A stretch of DNA of 64,000 nt from Ignavibacteriota bacterium. Its GTDB lineage: Bacteria > Bacteroidota > Ignavibacteria > Palsa-1295. Both the position numbers and the translations under genes were made by a program. Location of the stretch: positions 165,577-229,576 of the forward strand of contig CAWBEI010000006.1 in assembly GCA_963787835.1 (NCBI GenBank), given 5' to 3'. Shown in pieces: positions 22,924 to 33,056 of the stretch; positions within the stretch are counted from its first letter, which is position 1, and every line of letters starts with the position of its first letter. The notes under the pieces are model-generated. The model was not told where the DNA came from. It ran no database searches and was given only the letters and a program-made list of their open reading frames with translations.

Positions 22924-25188
22924 TTAATGCCGCCGCACCACCCTCAACGAACAAATCCCAGAGGTAGTTTTCACCAAAATGGCATAGACACCATCCGCAT
23001 CCGGAAGCGTTTGCTCAACAGGTGTGTCTTTTTGAAAAGCGGCTGAACCCTCACTTCGTTTTACCCCGAGCATATCATATACTTCGATAGTGGCTGCACC
23101 AATGTCTTCGGATGAGGAAACCCAGACATTCCCATTCGCGGGATTAGGCATTACGCTGAATACAGGATCAACGCCGAAATGAATTAGCTGAGAGAGTATC
23201 GGAACAGCACAACCCGAAAGCGTGGTGATGGTACTTGTTGCTGGCTCAGGCATGGAATACTGGCACGATGAAACTTGTGTCAGCACGGTTACGGAATCGA
23301 ACGTAGCGTGAGCTGCTTCACTGGAATCGTTAAACACATTAAACTTAGCGTAGCCTAATGCTGCGCCGGATGTAGCACCCGTGATGGAAAGCTCCGACCG
23401 TCCCGGCCATTGCTGGCCGGGAACATCCAACAGCACACCCGATGGCGAGAACGAGCCGAGATAATCCACCGTACCATCGTAGTGCAAAATGAGATCGACA
23501 TTTTCCGCACGTTCGAGTCCGTTCAGCGTGATGGGAATCGAGACGGTTGCGCCGAGGGTGTCGGTTTGGACATTGGGGATAGAAAAAGCAAGTGGGCTAT
23601 GAAATAAGTTGACGTATCCGGTGAGTTGAATGGTATCGTTCGAGCCGTTATCAAGAGCGATAATCAAGTCAGCTTGCTCTTTGCCAATCTTATCGCCAGA
23701 AAATGTTAGCGTTATAGAATCGGGAAATAGATTGATCACTCTGAATGCTAATGAATCTTGGCCCACAATCACGTAGCTCCTAACTGACGGCGGAGAACAT
23801 CCACTTCTGATAAATGAAGCAGTCTGCATAAGACTATCGCATGAAATTGTATCGGAAGAAAACAGCGAGGCGGCCGAAAGGGTGAGATTATTAGGTTCAT
23901 TAATGACGTTGCCGGAAAGAGCTATCGTATCTATATAGCCATTGTCAATATACAAGAGTAATTGACCTTGTTTATTTCCATTGGTCTTCGAATAAAGAGT
24001 AACAGAAATTGAATCGTTTGAAAGATTACTTGCATTAAAGCTCGACGAGTCGGCACCAGTTATAGCCCAACCAGTAACATGTGGCAATGGGCAAGCAGTC
24101 GTATTAAATTGAACCGGTGCAGTTGCGCTATCGCATTGAATTGTTCCAAAGTTAAGCAGTGATACTGGATTCGAAGTAACTAACGAAATCGGGAAACCAC
24201 CGCTATTGAAGGTTGCCCATACGTTCCCATTAGAGTCGAGAGCGAAGATCACATTGTCATTGATAGCACATATCGATCTACTGTCAGCAACGTTCCCTGG
24301 GCCACCAATATTCTCCCATGTGAGTCCTCTATCGATCGAACGGATGATGCCGTCAGATCTCGTTGCTGCATATAGAGCGTGTGCTGCAGTCGAAAACGAG
24401 CTCGAAAGATAATCTAGTGGATGAGAAAATGTAGATTGCCATGACTCCCCTTGATTGGTGCTTCTGAATATTTTCGCGTAAGGGGTATTGACGTCACCAT
24501 AAACATTTTCCGATACAACATATAGCGTCGAGTCATTACACGAATCGATTCCAATTGAATAGCTATCATAATCAACAAATCCTGGCATTGTTTTGAACTT
24601 CACGCCAGAGTTATCTCCAATGATAGCACAAGAAGCATCCAAGTATGCAACAACACTTGATAATATTACGGCATGCCCGTCATCTGCGACTCCGAGGTCA
24701 GTGCCTGGAATTGAATCCATAACCTCCCATGAGATCCCTTTATCTCCCGACTCATAACAGTTTCGGAAGTTCACACCGTAAACCTTTGAAGGTGCTGCAT
24801 AGACAAGTTGATTAAAGCCCTGATTTATGGGAGTGCTCCAAGTTTTTCCACCGTCCGTTGTAGTACTAGTAAAAAGGTGTTGTGGAATGTTTGAGGAGAC
24901 TACTCCATCATTCTCATTTAGAAATGAAAGGGCTGTTATCTGTGTGTTTGGTAGATTAGTTGAGGTCCACGTTTTTCCTGAATCAGCACTGAATGAAAGA
25001 TTAGTGAAGCCTGCCCATAAAATTCCGTTCTTAAAAGTAAGAACCCCACCCGGACCTTGACCGACCTTAGCAGTATGTGGTGCAACCACATTCGGTGCCA
25101 CAATCCTCCATTGCCCCCGCACGCCGTCCGCTGCAACCGAGAGGAGCAACAAGGCGAACAACAACAGTTTTGGGGAGCAAAAACGCAT
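22924..25188 (-). CDS. Secreted Asp-box beta-propeller protein, T9SS-type CTD (paralog 3)
   Basis: Likely start MRFCSPK at 25188; GQW after the signal peptide; MPNPA. Confidence 0.88.
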   Translation of the reverse strand: MRFCSPKLLLFALLLLSVAADGVRGQWRIVAPNVVAPHTAKVGQGPGGVLTFKNGILWAGFTNLSFSADSGKTWTSTNLPNTQITALSFLNENDGVVSSNIPQHLFTSTTTDGGKTWSTPINQGFNQLVYAAPSKVYGVNFRNCYESGDKGISWEVMDSIPGTDLGVADDGHAVILSSVVAYLDASCAIIGDNSGVKFKTMPGFVDYDSYSIGIDSCNDSTLYVVSENVYGDVNTPYAKIFRSTNQGESWQSTFSHPLDYLSSSFSTAAHALYAATRSDGIIRSIDRGLTWENIGGPGNVADSRSICAINDNVIFALDSNGNVWATFNSGGFPISLVTSNPVSLLNFGTIQCDSATAPVQFNTTACPLPHVTGWAITGADSSSFNASNLSNDSISVTLYSKTNGNKQGQLLLYIDNGYIDTIALSGNVINEPNNLTLSAASLFSSDTISCDSLMQTASFIRSGCSPPSVRSYVIVGQDSLAFRVINLFPDSITLTFSGDKIGKEQADLIIALDNGSNDTIQLTGYVNLFHSPLAFSIPNVQTDTLGATVSIPITLNGLERAENVDLILHYDGTVDYLGSFSPSGVLLDVPGQQWPGRSELSITGATSGAALGYAKFNVFNDSSEAAHATFDSVTVLTQVSSCQYSMPEPATSTITTLSGCAVPILSQLIHFGVDPVFSVMPNPANGNVWVSSSEDIGAATIEVYDMLGVKRSEGSAAFQKDTPVEQTLPDADGVYAILVKTTSGICSLRVVRRH

Positions 25189-25279
25189 GTAGTTGCAACC
25201 CAAATCTTCCCACAAATATTCATTCAATTTTCATCGTGACCATCAGGCGCTTGCAGCGTATCTTTGCATGAGAGGTTGC

Positions 25280-27577
25280 TCAGTGTTTTTCCACCACGCG
25301 GAGAGAACTCATGCCAGCCGAAGTCTTCACCAAAATAGTATAGACTCCATCGGCATCCGGAAGCGTTTGCAGAAGTGGCTGATCTTTTTGTACGGTGGCC
25401 GACCGCTCGCTGCGCACTTCCCCAAGCATATCAAACACCTGGATCGTTGCGGCACCCAGATCGGAGCCAGAGGTGATCCAGATCGTGCCATTCGATGGAT
25501 TTGGCACAACTCTGAATAGTGGATCAACCCCGAAATGAATAAGTTGTGAAAGCATCGGAATTGCACAACCTGCAACGGTTGTGATCGTGCTGGTTACCGG
25601 TGCGGGCATAGAATACTCGCATGGCGCAATTTGTGTCAGGACATTGACCGAATCGAATGAGGCATGTGCGGCTTCATCTGAATCGTTAAAGACCGTGAAT
25701 TTTGCGTATCCCAATACCGAGTCCGGCATGGCACCATTTATCGCAAGCTCCGACCGTCCCGCCCACTGCTCGCCTTCCATATCCAACTGCACCCCGGATG
25801 GCGAGAACGATCCGAGATAAACCACCGTCCCGTCGTAATGCAGCACAAGATCGATATTCTCCGTACGTTCGAGTCCGTTGATCCTAATGGGAACTTCAAC
25901 CGTAGCGCCGAGCGTGTCGGTATGAACATTCGGGATAGAAAAAGCAAGCGGACTATGAAACAGGCTTACATATCCTGAAAGACTTACGGTATCGACGGAA
26001 CCATCACTAAGCGCAAGCAATAAATTCGCATGCTGATCTCCAAGGCGTGCTCCAAAGAAATTTACGCCCATCGAATTGTACGTAGAATAACTCACTCCGT
26101 AGGAGGCGGAGTCCTGCCCGACAAAGGAATGGCTTGATATTAATGGCGAGTTACAACCTGTTCGAGTAAATACGATGGTTCGAGTAATAGTACCGCACGA
26201 GATCGTGTCCGTCGAAAATAATGAGGCAGATGAAAGGCTTAGAGTATTCTGTTCAATGATAACTTGCCCGGAAAGCGTTACGGTATCGACCTCCCCATTA
26301 TCGACATACACTAATAGCTGCGCGTGCTTACCGCCCGCGGAGTTAGCATACAGTGTTACAGAGATCGAATTCTTAGAAAAATTGCTTCCCTTGAAGCTTG
26401 ATGAATCTTCACCTACGATCGACCACCCCATGGCATGCGCCTGAGCGCATCCGATCACGTTAAACTGGACTGTTCGGGTAAGGCTGTCGCAGTAAACTGT
26501 GTCCCGGTCAAAAAGGGAGTTCGGTGTGGTAGATAACGTGCCAGAGGATCGGATAGAATCGCCACCACTATTTAATGTAACCCAGACGGTACCATTCGAA
26601 TCGATCGCAAATACGACATTATCGTCAATGGCAACAATATCTCGAGAGTCCTGAAGGACGGATGGCCCTCCGATGCTTTTCCAGTTCGCGCCCTGGTCGG
26701 TCGAACGGTACACCCCCTGCGATGTACCAGCAATGGTACCGGCATAGATCGCTTTCGAGAAATTTGAAAGTGTTCCGGAAAAAAATGGAACGGGAATTGA
26801 CTGCTGGATCTGCCAGGAAACGCCTCCATCGGTGCTCATCATTATTTTCGAGAATCCATCGCCATCTTTACTATCCATCCATGCCCAATATTGCTCATCC
26901 GCCAAATAAAGTCTTTTCGAATCGCAAGAATCGACGGCAAGCGTCCAGGCATCGACGTCAACAGGAGTTTTTCGATCGACCCACGACAAGCCGAGGTCCG
27001 TCGAGACCTTGACCGATCCAATTTGAGTTCCCCAATCCCCGGATAGCAGATAGAGTGTCTTATCGGGCGCGACTGCAAAACTGAATGCCGAGCCGGGGTA
27101 GCTCAGGGTACATTGCCATGATGCACCTCCATTCTGGCTCAGATAAAAGCCGTCCCCCACCGCACCCAGCAATTCGGGCGACCCGAGGAACGACACTTTT
27201 GAAAACGATAAGCTTGATTTCAGTGCCCAGGTCTGCCCACCGTTTCTTGTAATATACAATCCCCCATCCGTTGCGATGGCACCGTCCAAGGGATCGATGA
27301 AAGTAATATCATAATATTTCGCAACCGGAGCATTCGAACTGCTGACCCAGGTTCTGCCTGTATCCGACGAAGACCACAGCGACACGGTTCCCATCCAGAG
27401 AATGCCATTCACAAAGCAGCTTGCCCCGCCAGTGCCGCTGTGATATGATGCTAATGCAGCGTTCGCCGTAGCCCGCCATTGCCCATTCGCACGCTCTGCC
27501 ATAATCGAGAGAAACAGCAGCGCTATCCACAACCATTTACGAGAGTAATTGACCATATTACGAGAGTAATTGACCAT
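25280..27577 (-). CDS. Secreted Asp-box beta-propeller protein, T9SS-type CTD (paralog 4)
   Basis: Same architecture; start region duplicated (MVNYSRN-MVNYSRK); VPNPS. Confidence 0.88.
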   Translation of the reverse strand: MVNYSRNMVNYSRKWLWIALLFLSIMAERANGQWRATANAALASYHSGTGGASCFVNGILWMGTVSLWSSSDTGRTWVSSSNAPVAKYYDITFIDPLDGAIATDGGLYITRNGGQTWALKSSLSFSKVSFLGSPELLGAVGDGFYLSQNGGASWQCTLSYPGSAFSFAVAPDKTLYLLSGDWGTQIGSVKVSTDLGLSWVDRKTPVDVDAWTLAVDSCDSKRLYLADEQYWAWMDSKDGDGFSKIMMSTDGGVSWQIQQSIPVPFFSGTLSNFSKAIYAGTIAGTSQGVYRSTDQGANWKSIGGPSVLQDSRDIVAIDDNVVFAIDSNGTVWVTLNSGGDSIRSSGTLSTTPNSLFDRDTVYCDSLTRTVQFNVIGCAQAHAMGWSIVGEDSSSFKGSNFSKNSISVTLYANSAGGKHAQLLVYVDNGEVDTVTLSGQVIIEQNTLSLSSASLFSTDTISCGTITRTIVFTRTGCNSPLISSHSFVGQDSASYGVSYSTYNSMGVNFFGARLGDQHANLLLALSDGSVDTVSLSGYVSLFHSPLAFSIPNVHTDTLGATVEVPIRINGLERTENIDLVLHYDGTVVYLGSFSPSGVQLDMEGEQWAGRSELAINGAMPDSVLGYAKFTVFNDSDEAAHASFDSVNVLTQIAPCEYSMPAPVTSTITTVAGCAIPMLSQLIHFGVDPLFRVVPNPSNGTIWITSGSDLGAATIQVFDMLGEVRSERSATVQKDQPLLQTLPDADGVYTILVKTSAGMSSLRVVEKH

Positions 27578-27578
27578 A
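27537..27578. repeat. Perfect 21-bp tandem duplication over a start codon
   Basis: ttacgagagtaattgaccata x2. Confidence 0.9.
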
Positions 27579-27756
27579 ACTTTGAAGATTAAGTTATAAT
27601 CTATACGGTTTGCTTCGATGAATTGTTCATGCGTTCAAGGGTAATTCTCAATACCCAATTTTTTAAGGAAGCAACAAGTATCTATTGGTGTTAACCGGGC
27701 GATACATTTCAGATTTCTTGCACCCTCCGATTTTTCGCCGTATATTGCTCGTGCTT

Positions 27757-27895
27757 TGATGGGCACCTTGGGCAAATGATGAAGGATGAATTATGAAGTA
27801 TGAAAAAGGGATGCATAAATTCATGAACAATTGAAATAAAGTAACAGGAAGTTCATTAAATGACAATTCAATTGAGAGTAAAAGGCACCTTTGCT
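27757..27895 (+). repeat. Dispersed ~135-bp intergenic element, copy 1
   Basis: Homologous to the reverse complement of 53855-53986; 35 bp identical (27861-27895). Confidence 0.85.
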
Positions 27896-27993
27896 GAAAG
27901 ACAGAATGAAGATATTGGCCCGGAATCGATAGCGATTATGAATTCGAAAAGAACAAACACTCGAAAACGTTTTCTGATAGGCAGATTTGGAAT

Positions 27994-28683
27994 ATGATTT
28001 ATGTAACCCGGCAACCACCCCCTAACTCACTCCTTCCTAAGGAGGGGGAACGACCTCCCGTTCTCGTCGTGCTTCATGGGTATGGGACGGATGAATACGA
28101 TCTTCTTCCTATCGCAGAGCAAATTGGAGGAGAGTTTCTGATCATTAGTCTGCAAGGACCTATCGATCGGCCAAATGGCGGCCATGCTTGGTACGATCTT
28201 ATTCAAACTGAACGGGGTATTATCCCGGATGATCTTACGCGCCACGAAAGCGAAGAAATGCTGGTCGCAGCATTACCGAGGATCATCGAGCAGGAAGGCG
28301 GCGATGCAAATCGCGTAGTCCTGATGGGGTTTAGTCAGGGTGCAGCGGTGATCTATTCTCTGCTCATCGTCTATGACCTGAAGAATTATGGGATTACGCC
28401 GATCGCTTCGATCAATATGTCCGGGTATATTCCACGCGATATTCTGGAGGCTATTTCTGCTAAGCGATTCGATGGATTTCCCTTCTTTATCAGCCATGGT
28501 GAATTCGATGAATTGATCCCCATGCAAGCCTTAGGAGAAGCAGAGAAACTGCTGACACGGCAAGGTGCGGATGTTACGGCGAGGATGTATCCTATGGGAC
28601 ATGGCGTGCTACCTGAGACGGTAGAGGATATTATTTCATGGCTTGGAAAAATTACGAATTTCAAATTACGAATTACGAATTAA
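27994..28683 (+). CDS. Phospholipase/carboxylesterase (alpha/beta hydrolase)
   Basis: LHGYG, GFSQG nucleophile, HGEFD, GH. Confidence 0.92.
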   Translation: MIYVTRQPPPNSLLPKEGERPPVLVVLHGYGTDEYDLLPIAEQIGGEFLIISLQGPIDRPNGGHAWYDLIQTERGIIPDDLTRHESEEMLVAALPRIIEQEGGDANRVVLMGFSQGAAVIYSLLIVYDLKNYGITPIASINMSGYIPRDILEAISAKRFDGFPFFISHGEFDELIPMQALGEAEKLLTRQGADVTARMYPMGHGVLPETVEDIISWLGKITNFKLRITN

Positions 28684-28806
28684 GGTATTTTCAATGTTGA
28701 TCAAATTTATGATTTTGAATGGCGAAACAACGAATTTCATGTGCATCATTGGTGTTTACCGCCTTCCTTCCCCAAATTCGTAATTTGAAATTCGTAATTC
28801 GTAATT
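28650..28806. repeat. Inverted pair of AATTACG heptamer arrays (MITE-like)
   Basis: aattacgaatttcaaattacgaattacgaatt (28650-28681) and aattcgtaatttgaaattcgtaattcgtaatt (28775-28806). Confidence 0.85.
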
Positions 28807-28812
28807 AAATTC

Positions 28813-29880
28813 ATGGCCAATACGATGATCGCCCTGCGCAAGACTGGAAGAATCCGAGGCGCAGAACTCCAGGAAATCCCGATACCTGAAATCAAGCCGA
28901 ACGAGGTACTGATAAAAATTCAGGCCTCCAGCCTTTGTGGGACCGACGTCCATATTTACGAATGGGATCCCTGGGCGCAATCGAGGGTGAAGAACGTTCC
29001 CTACACCGTCGGCCATGAAACGACTGGTATCGTCGTGAAAAAAGGCAGCATGGTGACCCGCGTCGAAGAAGGCGATGCTGTTTCCGTCGAAACGCATATC
29101 CCCTGCATGCACTGCAAGCAATGCCTTACAGGACAAATGCATATCTGCCAGAATCTCAAAATTTTAGGGGTCGATACCAACGGCGCGTTTGCGGAATATC
29201 TCGCAGTTCCCGAGATCGTAGTTTGGAAGAACGATCCATCGGTTCCGCCGGAATATATGAGCATTCAAGAACCGCTTGGGAATGCAGTCCATGCGACGCT
29301 CATCGAACCAGTACATGGCAAGAGCGTTGTGATCTTGGGTGATGGCCCTGTCGGATTATTTTCCGCTGGTGTTGCCCGTGCCTCAGGCGCAACGCAAATT
29401 TTTATGACTGGTATCGAGCCATTCCGGTTGAATATCGGCAAGCAAATGGGCGTGGATCGGATCATCAATGTCGCGAAAGAGAATGCCATCGAGATCGTGA
29501 AGCAGGAAACCAACGGAGTCGGCGCCGATGTGGTCTTAGAAATGTCCGGCGTTGCCAGCGCGATGCAGGATGGGGTGAAAATGCTCCGCAACGGTGGACG
29601 CTATTGCTTCTTCGGAATTTTTAAGGAAAATCTCGTAGCAACTCCACTCAACGACATCATCTTTAATGGCGGACGTTTTTATGGCATCAATGGCCGGCTG
29701 ATGTTCGATACGTGGTTCACTGTTTCGAATTTGCTGGCAAGCAAGCGGTTGGATGTGCGTCCAGTTGTTACTCACAAAATGCCACTTTCTCATTTCGCGG
29801 AAGCGTTCGAACTGATGACCGAATCGCCGAAGAAAGCCGGGAAGATCGTTATGTTTCCGGATTCGGCGATGGCAAAATGA
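28813..29880 (+). CDS. tdh: L-threonine 3-dehydrogenase
   Basis: CGTDVHIYEWDPWA, GHE, CxxCxxC...C, QEPLGNAVH, GINGRLMFDTW. Confidence 0.93.
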   Translation: MANTMIALRKTGRIRGAELQEIPIPEIKPNEVLIKIQASSLCGTDVHIYEWDPWAQSRVKNVPYTVGHETTGIVVKKGSMVTRVEEGDAVSVETHIPCMHCKQCLTGQMHICQNLKILGVDTNGAFAEYLAVPEIVVWKNDPSVPPEYMSIQEPLGNAVHATLIEPVHGKSVVILGDGPVGLFSAGVARASGATQIFMTGIEPFRLNIGKQMGVDRIINVAKENAIEIVKQETNGVGADVVLEMSGVASAMQDGVKMLRNGGRYCFFGIFKENLVATPLNDIIFNGGRFYGINGRLMFDTWFTVSNLLASKRLDVRPVVTHKMPLSHFAEAFELMTESPKKAGKIVMFPDSAMAK

Positions 29881-29895
29881 ATTATCAAACTACGC

Positions 29896-30126
29896 ATGGA
29901 CACTCCGAGCATCATCTTTACACTATGCTTTGTTCTTCTTTGCGCCCTAATTACCCTACGCGTCATTTATGCTATACGTCACAGAAAAGATCCAACTGGT
30001 CAGGATGTTGAACTAAACAAGATTGGACATGATGTGGGCTTTGGATTTGGAGCACGTGGAGACCCAGGTGATCCAGAAATGATAAGTAGAATTGAAATGA
30101 AATTGAAGAATCATTCAAAATCGTAA
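29896..30126 (+). CDS. Small hypothetical membrane protein
   Basis: 76 aa, N-terminal TM helix, fills the gap in the operon. Confidence 0.55.
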   Translation: MDTPSIIFTLCFVLLCALITLRVIYAIRHRKDPTGQDVELNKIGHDVGFGFGARGDPGDPEMISRIEMKLKNHSKS

Positions 30127-30142
30127 AATAATTACTAATAAT

Positions 30143-30982
30143 TTGAAACCTCTAAAAATCGGCCACTCCCCTGACCCTGACGATGCCTTTATGTTCTATG
30201 GCTTCGCATCACAGAAAGTTACCATTCCCGGATATGAGATCGACCATGTGCTCGATGATATTCAATCGCTGAACGTTCGAGCCATGACGGGCGAGCTTCC
30301 GGTAACAGCCATCAGCGCCCATGCCTATCCTTATGTTGCCGATAAATATTGGATCATGAAAACCGGCGCCTCGATGGGCGAAGGCTATGGGCCGATCATC
30401 GTCTCGAAAAAGTATAAGACGATGGCAGAACTTGAAGCTAATCTGAAAGCGGTGATCGCTCAGCCCGGAAAACTTACCACGGCAAATTTATTGCTTCGAT
30501 CGTGGTTCGGGCATATCACTTCGGTTGAAATGCCGTTCGATAAGATCATTGATGCTGTCTTAGCAGACGAAGTTGATGCTGGTTTACTGATTCACGAGGG
30601 CCAGATCACCTGGCAAGATTATGGCCTCAACAAGCTGGCTGATTTCGGCACGATTTGGGAAGAAAGAACGGGTGGGTTGCCACTCCCGCTTGGCCTCGAT
30701 TGCGTCCGAAAAGATCTGGGCGAGGACATGGCAAGAACCGTATCGCAAGCGTTGCGGGATTCGATCAAGGCTGCTTACGATAACGAGAAAGCCTCTGTTG
30801 AATACGCCCTGCAATGGGGACGGGGCATTGATGCCGAAACTGGAGCCAGATTCGTCAAGATGTATGTGAATGATGTCACGATCGACATGGGCGAGCGCGG
30901 CAAAAAGGCATTGGAATATTTGTATCGATTAGGTGCAGACGCAGGGATAACGCCTGAAGTTAGGTCCATTGATCTTTACTGA
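30143..30982 (+). CDS. mqnD: 1,4-dihydroxy-6-naphthoate synthase
   Basis: GHSPDPDDAFMFY, MGEGYGP, IHEGQ, LPLPLG, MYVN. Confidence 0.93.
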   Translation: MKPLKIGHSPDPDDAFMFYGFASQKVTIPGYEIDHVLDDIQSLNVRAMTGELPVTAISAHAYPYVADKYWIMKTGASMGEGYGPIIVSKKYKTMAELEANLKAVIAQPGKLTTANLLLRSWFGHITSVEMPFDKIIDAVLADEVDAGLLIHEGQITWQDYGLNKLADFGTIWEERTGGLPLPLGLDCVRKDLGEDMARTVSQALRDSIKAAYDNEKASVEYALQWGRGIDAETGARFVKMYVNDVTIDMGERGKKALEYLYRLGADAGITPEVRSIDLY

Positions 30983-30986
30983 TCCT

Positions 30987-31733
30987 TTACCTCTGCGCAC
31001 TGGCAGGCATGATCTTAGCTACCGGTTTCTTCTCCTGCATCCAGGGCTTTTGGGGTTCAAGATTTGCAGCAAAGACCTGGGAACGTTGGGCGTCGCTCCA
31101 GGAATCGAAGCGAGTGCTTTGCATAAGCTTACCAGATCGATCACGCAGGAAACCTTGATCGGTCTCGATAAACGCATTGATCGCGGGATCCCACTGGCGA
31201 ACTCTGAGTTTCTCGTAGGTAACAAAAAATCCCTCGAAGTGCGCTTCCTGAGCAGCAATTGAATAAATGGAACCCAGTTTGGAATCGATCGCGGCAAGCG
31301 AATAACGGCCACTTCGAACATTATCGGTATGGCCATGTTCCGTCGCCTCATCCACAACGACGATCTGTCCAATAAGGGAACCGCGTGGTGAAACTTGGTA
31401 TGCTACGGCTCGCGAATCTTTGGGATTCGCTGCATCGCTCACTGCAAAGATCAGCATCGGAAGTTCCGATGAGCCAAAATGCCCGAAAAAGAAATTCTGC
31501 TTCTCCCCATTGACAAGGATCGGAAATATTTCGTGACCATTAACGGTATCGCGCGTTGTTCGCCAGGTCCGGATTCGAATCTCGATCTTATCACTAGGAA
31601 GTTCGGTGAGCCAGATCTTCCCCTTGAAATTTTTCATATTAATCCCTCGCTCAATCGGATGTTTAGCGGAACCAGCAAATGAAGCTGAGACAGAAAGAAG
31701 GAAAAGTAATGTGAAAAGCCTGAGTGTTCTCAT
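30987..31733 (-). CDS. Hypothetical exported protein
   Basis: 248 aa, signal peptide (ASFA). Confidence 0.7.
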   Translation of the reverse strand: MRTLRLFTLLFLLSVSASFAGSAKHPIERGINMKNFKGKIWLTELPSDKIEIRIRTWRTTRDTVNGHEIFPILVNGEKQNFFFGHFGSSELPMLIFAVSDAANPKDSRAVAYQVSPRGSLIGQIVVVDEATEHGHTDNVRSGRYSLAAIDSKLGSIYSIAAQEAHFEGFFVTYEKLRVRQWDPAINAFIETDQGFLRDRSGKLMQSTRFDSWSDAQRSQVFAANLEPQKPWMQEKKPVAKIMPASAQR

Positions 31734-31839
31734 ATCGTAGGGAATAATATTCTGCTAATATCGTGAATTTCACGTCGGAAGTCAAGCGAAATCACGAAAA
31801 GTGGCCAAATCCAACTAAATTGGGCGGTTCTGCCGGATG

Positions 31840-33018
31840 CTAATTCTGGAGTATCGGGAGAGATGTCAGAATTTCACTGGCGCCAATATGTACATCCAGC
31901 CTTGCGGTATCGAGGACAGCCGAAGGATATTCACCGGGGGCATATTCAGCGATAATGTCATAGAGAGTAGTTCGCTCCGCTGGTGTATAGCCGGCACTCC
32001 GAATGAGATCGACCGTTTCTTTAACAGAAGTAGTGTGGACAAAATTGGCAGAAGCATGTACATTCTCCTCTTCAAGCACACCACCGAAATCATCGGCACC
32101 AAAACTTAGCGCGATCTGACCGATCTTCTTTCCCTCCGAGAACCAGCTAGCTTGAATATGTGGGAAATTGTCAAGGAATATTCTGGCAATCGCAATCATT
32201 TGCAAATATCGGGTACCGGTAGCGTACGTCGGAATGATCTTTTCGAGCGGAGTATTTCCCGGCTTGAAGCTCCAGGGAATATAAGCGGTGAAACCATGAT
32301 ATTCATCCTGTAAGTCGCGAATGACTGATAAATGCTCGATGATGTCTTCATCTTTTTCCAGATGCCCATACATCATCGTGGCAGTAGTTTTGTAGCCAAG
32401 CTTGTGAGCTTCTCGCATCACATTCAGCCAATCCGCACTTGTGCCCTTCTTATTTGAAATTTTCTTCTTTACTCTATCACTTAAAATCTCTGCGCCTCCG
32501 CCTGGGATGGAATTTAATCCGGCCACTTTCAAGTCAGATAATACCTGAGGAATTGAGAGACCAGAAACATTGCTCATTCCTATGATCTCACTTGTCGAAA
32601 AAAAGTGAGGATGAATTTCTGGAACCTCCGCACGAGTGCGACGAACCATCTCCGTATAATACTCGAACGGAATCGCTGGATTTACTCCGCCTTGCAACAG
32701 AACGGTCCGAACACCTCTATTCGCTGCTGCTTTAAAACGCTGGATCATCTCATCGACCGTGTATGTGTAAGCATCCTTCTCCCCGTCGTGCCGATAGAAC
32801 GCACAGAAAATGCAATCAATGTTGCAGATGTTTGTGTAATTCGGATTTGAATCAATGACAAAAGTTACGCGACGTTCTGGATTGAAACGAAACCGCAGCG
32901 TCTCGGCCAGTTCCGCAAGATCGAGAAGGGAGGCATTCTGGAGGAGCCAGAGACCCTCTTCTCGTGAGAGGCGCTGTCCGTTATTTATTTTAAGTCTAAT
33001 TTCTTCATTATTCATCAT
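31840..33018 (-). CDS. mqnC: Cyclic dehypoxanthinyl futalosine synthase (radical SAM)
   Basis: NPNYTNICNIDCIFCAFYR, LLQGG, PGGGAEIL, HIQASW. Confidence 0.92.
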   Translation of the reverse strand: MMNNEEIRLKINNGQRLSREEGLWLLQNASLLDLAELAETLRFRFNPERRVTFVIDSNPNYTNICNIDCIFCAFYRHDGEKDAYTYTVDEMIQRFKAAANRGVRTVLLQGGVNPAIPFEYYTEMVRRTRAEVPEIHPHFFSTSEIIGMSNVSGLSIPQVLSDLKVAGLNSIPGGGAEILSDRVKKKISNKKGTSADWLNVMREAHKLGYKTTATMMYGHLEKDEDIIEHLSVIRDLQDEYHGFTAYIPWSFKPGNTPLEKIIPTYATGTRYLQMIAIARIFLDNFPHIQASWFSEGKKIGQIALSFGADDFGGVLEEENVHASANFVHTTSVKETVDLIRSAGYTPAERTTLYDIIAEYAPGEYPSAVLDTARLDVHIGASEILTSLPILQN

Positions 33019-33056
33019 TCGCTTGTCAAACTAATAATCATCAGACAAAATTCTAC

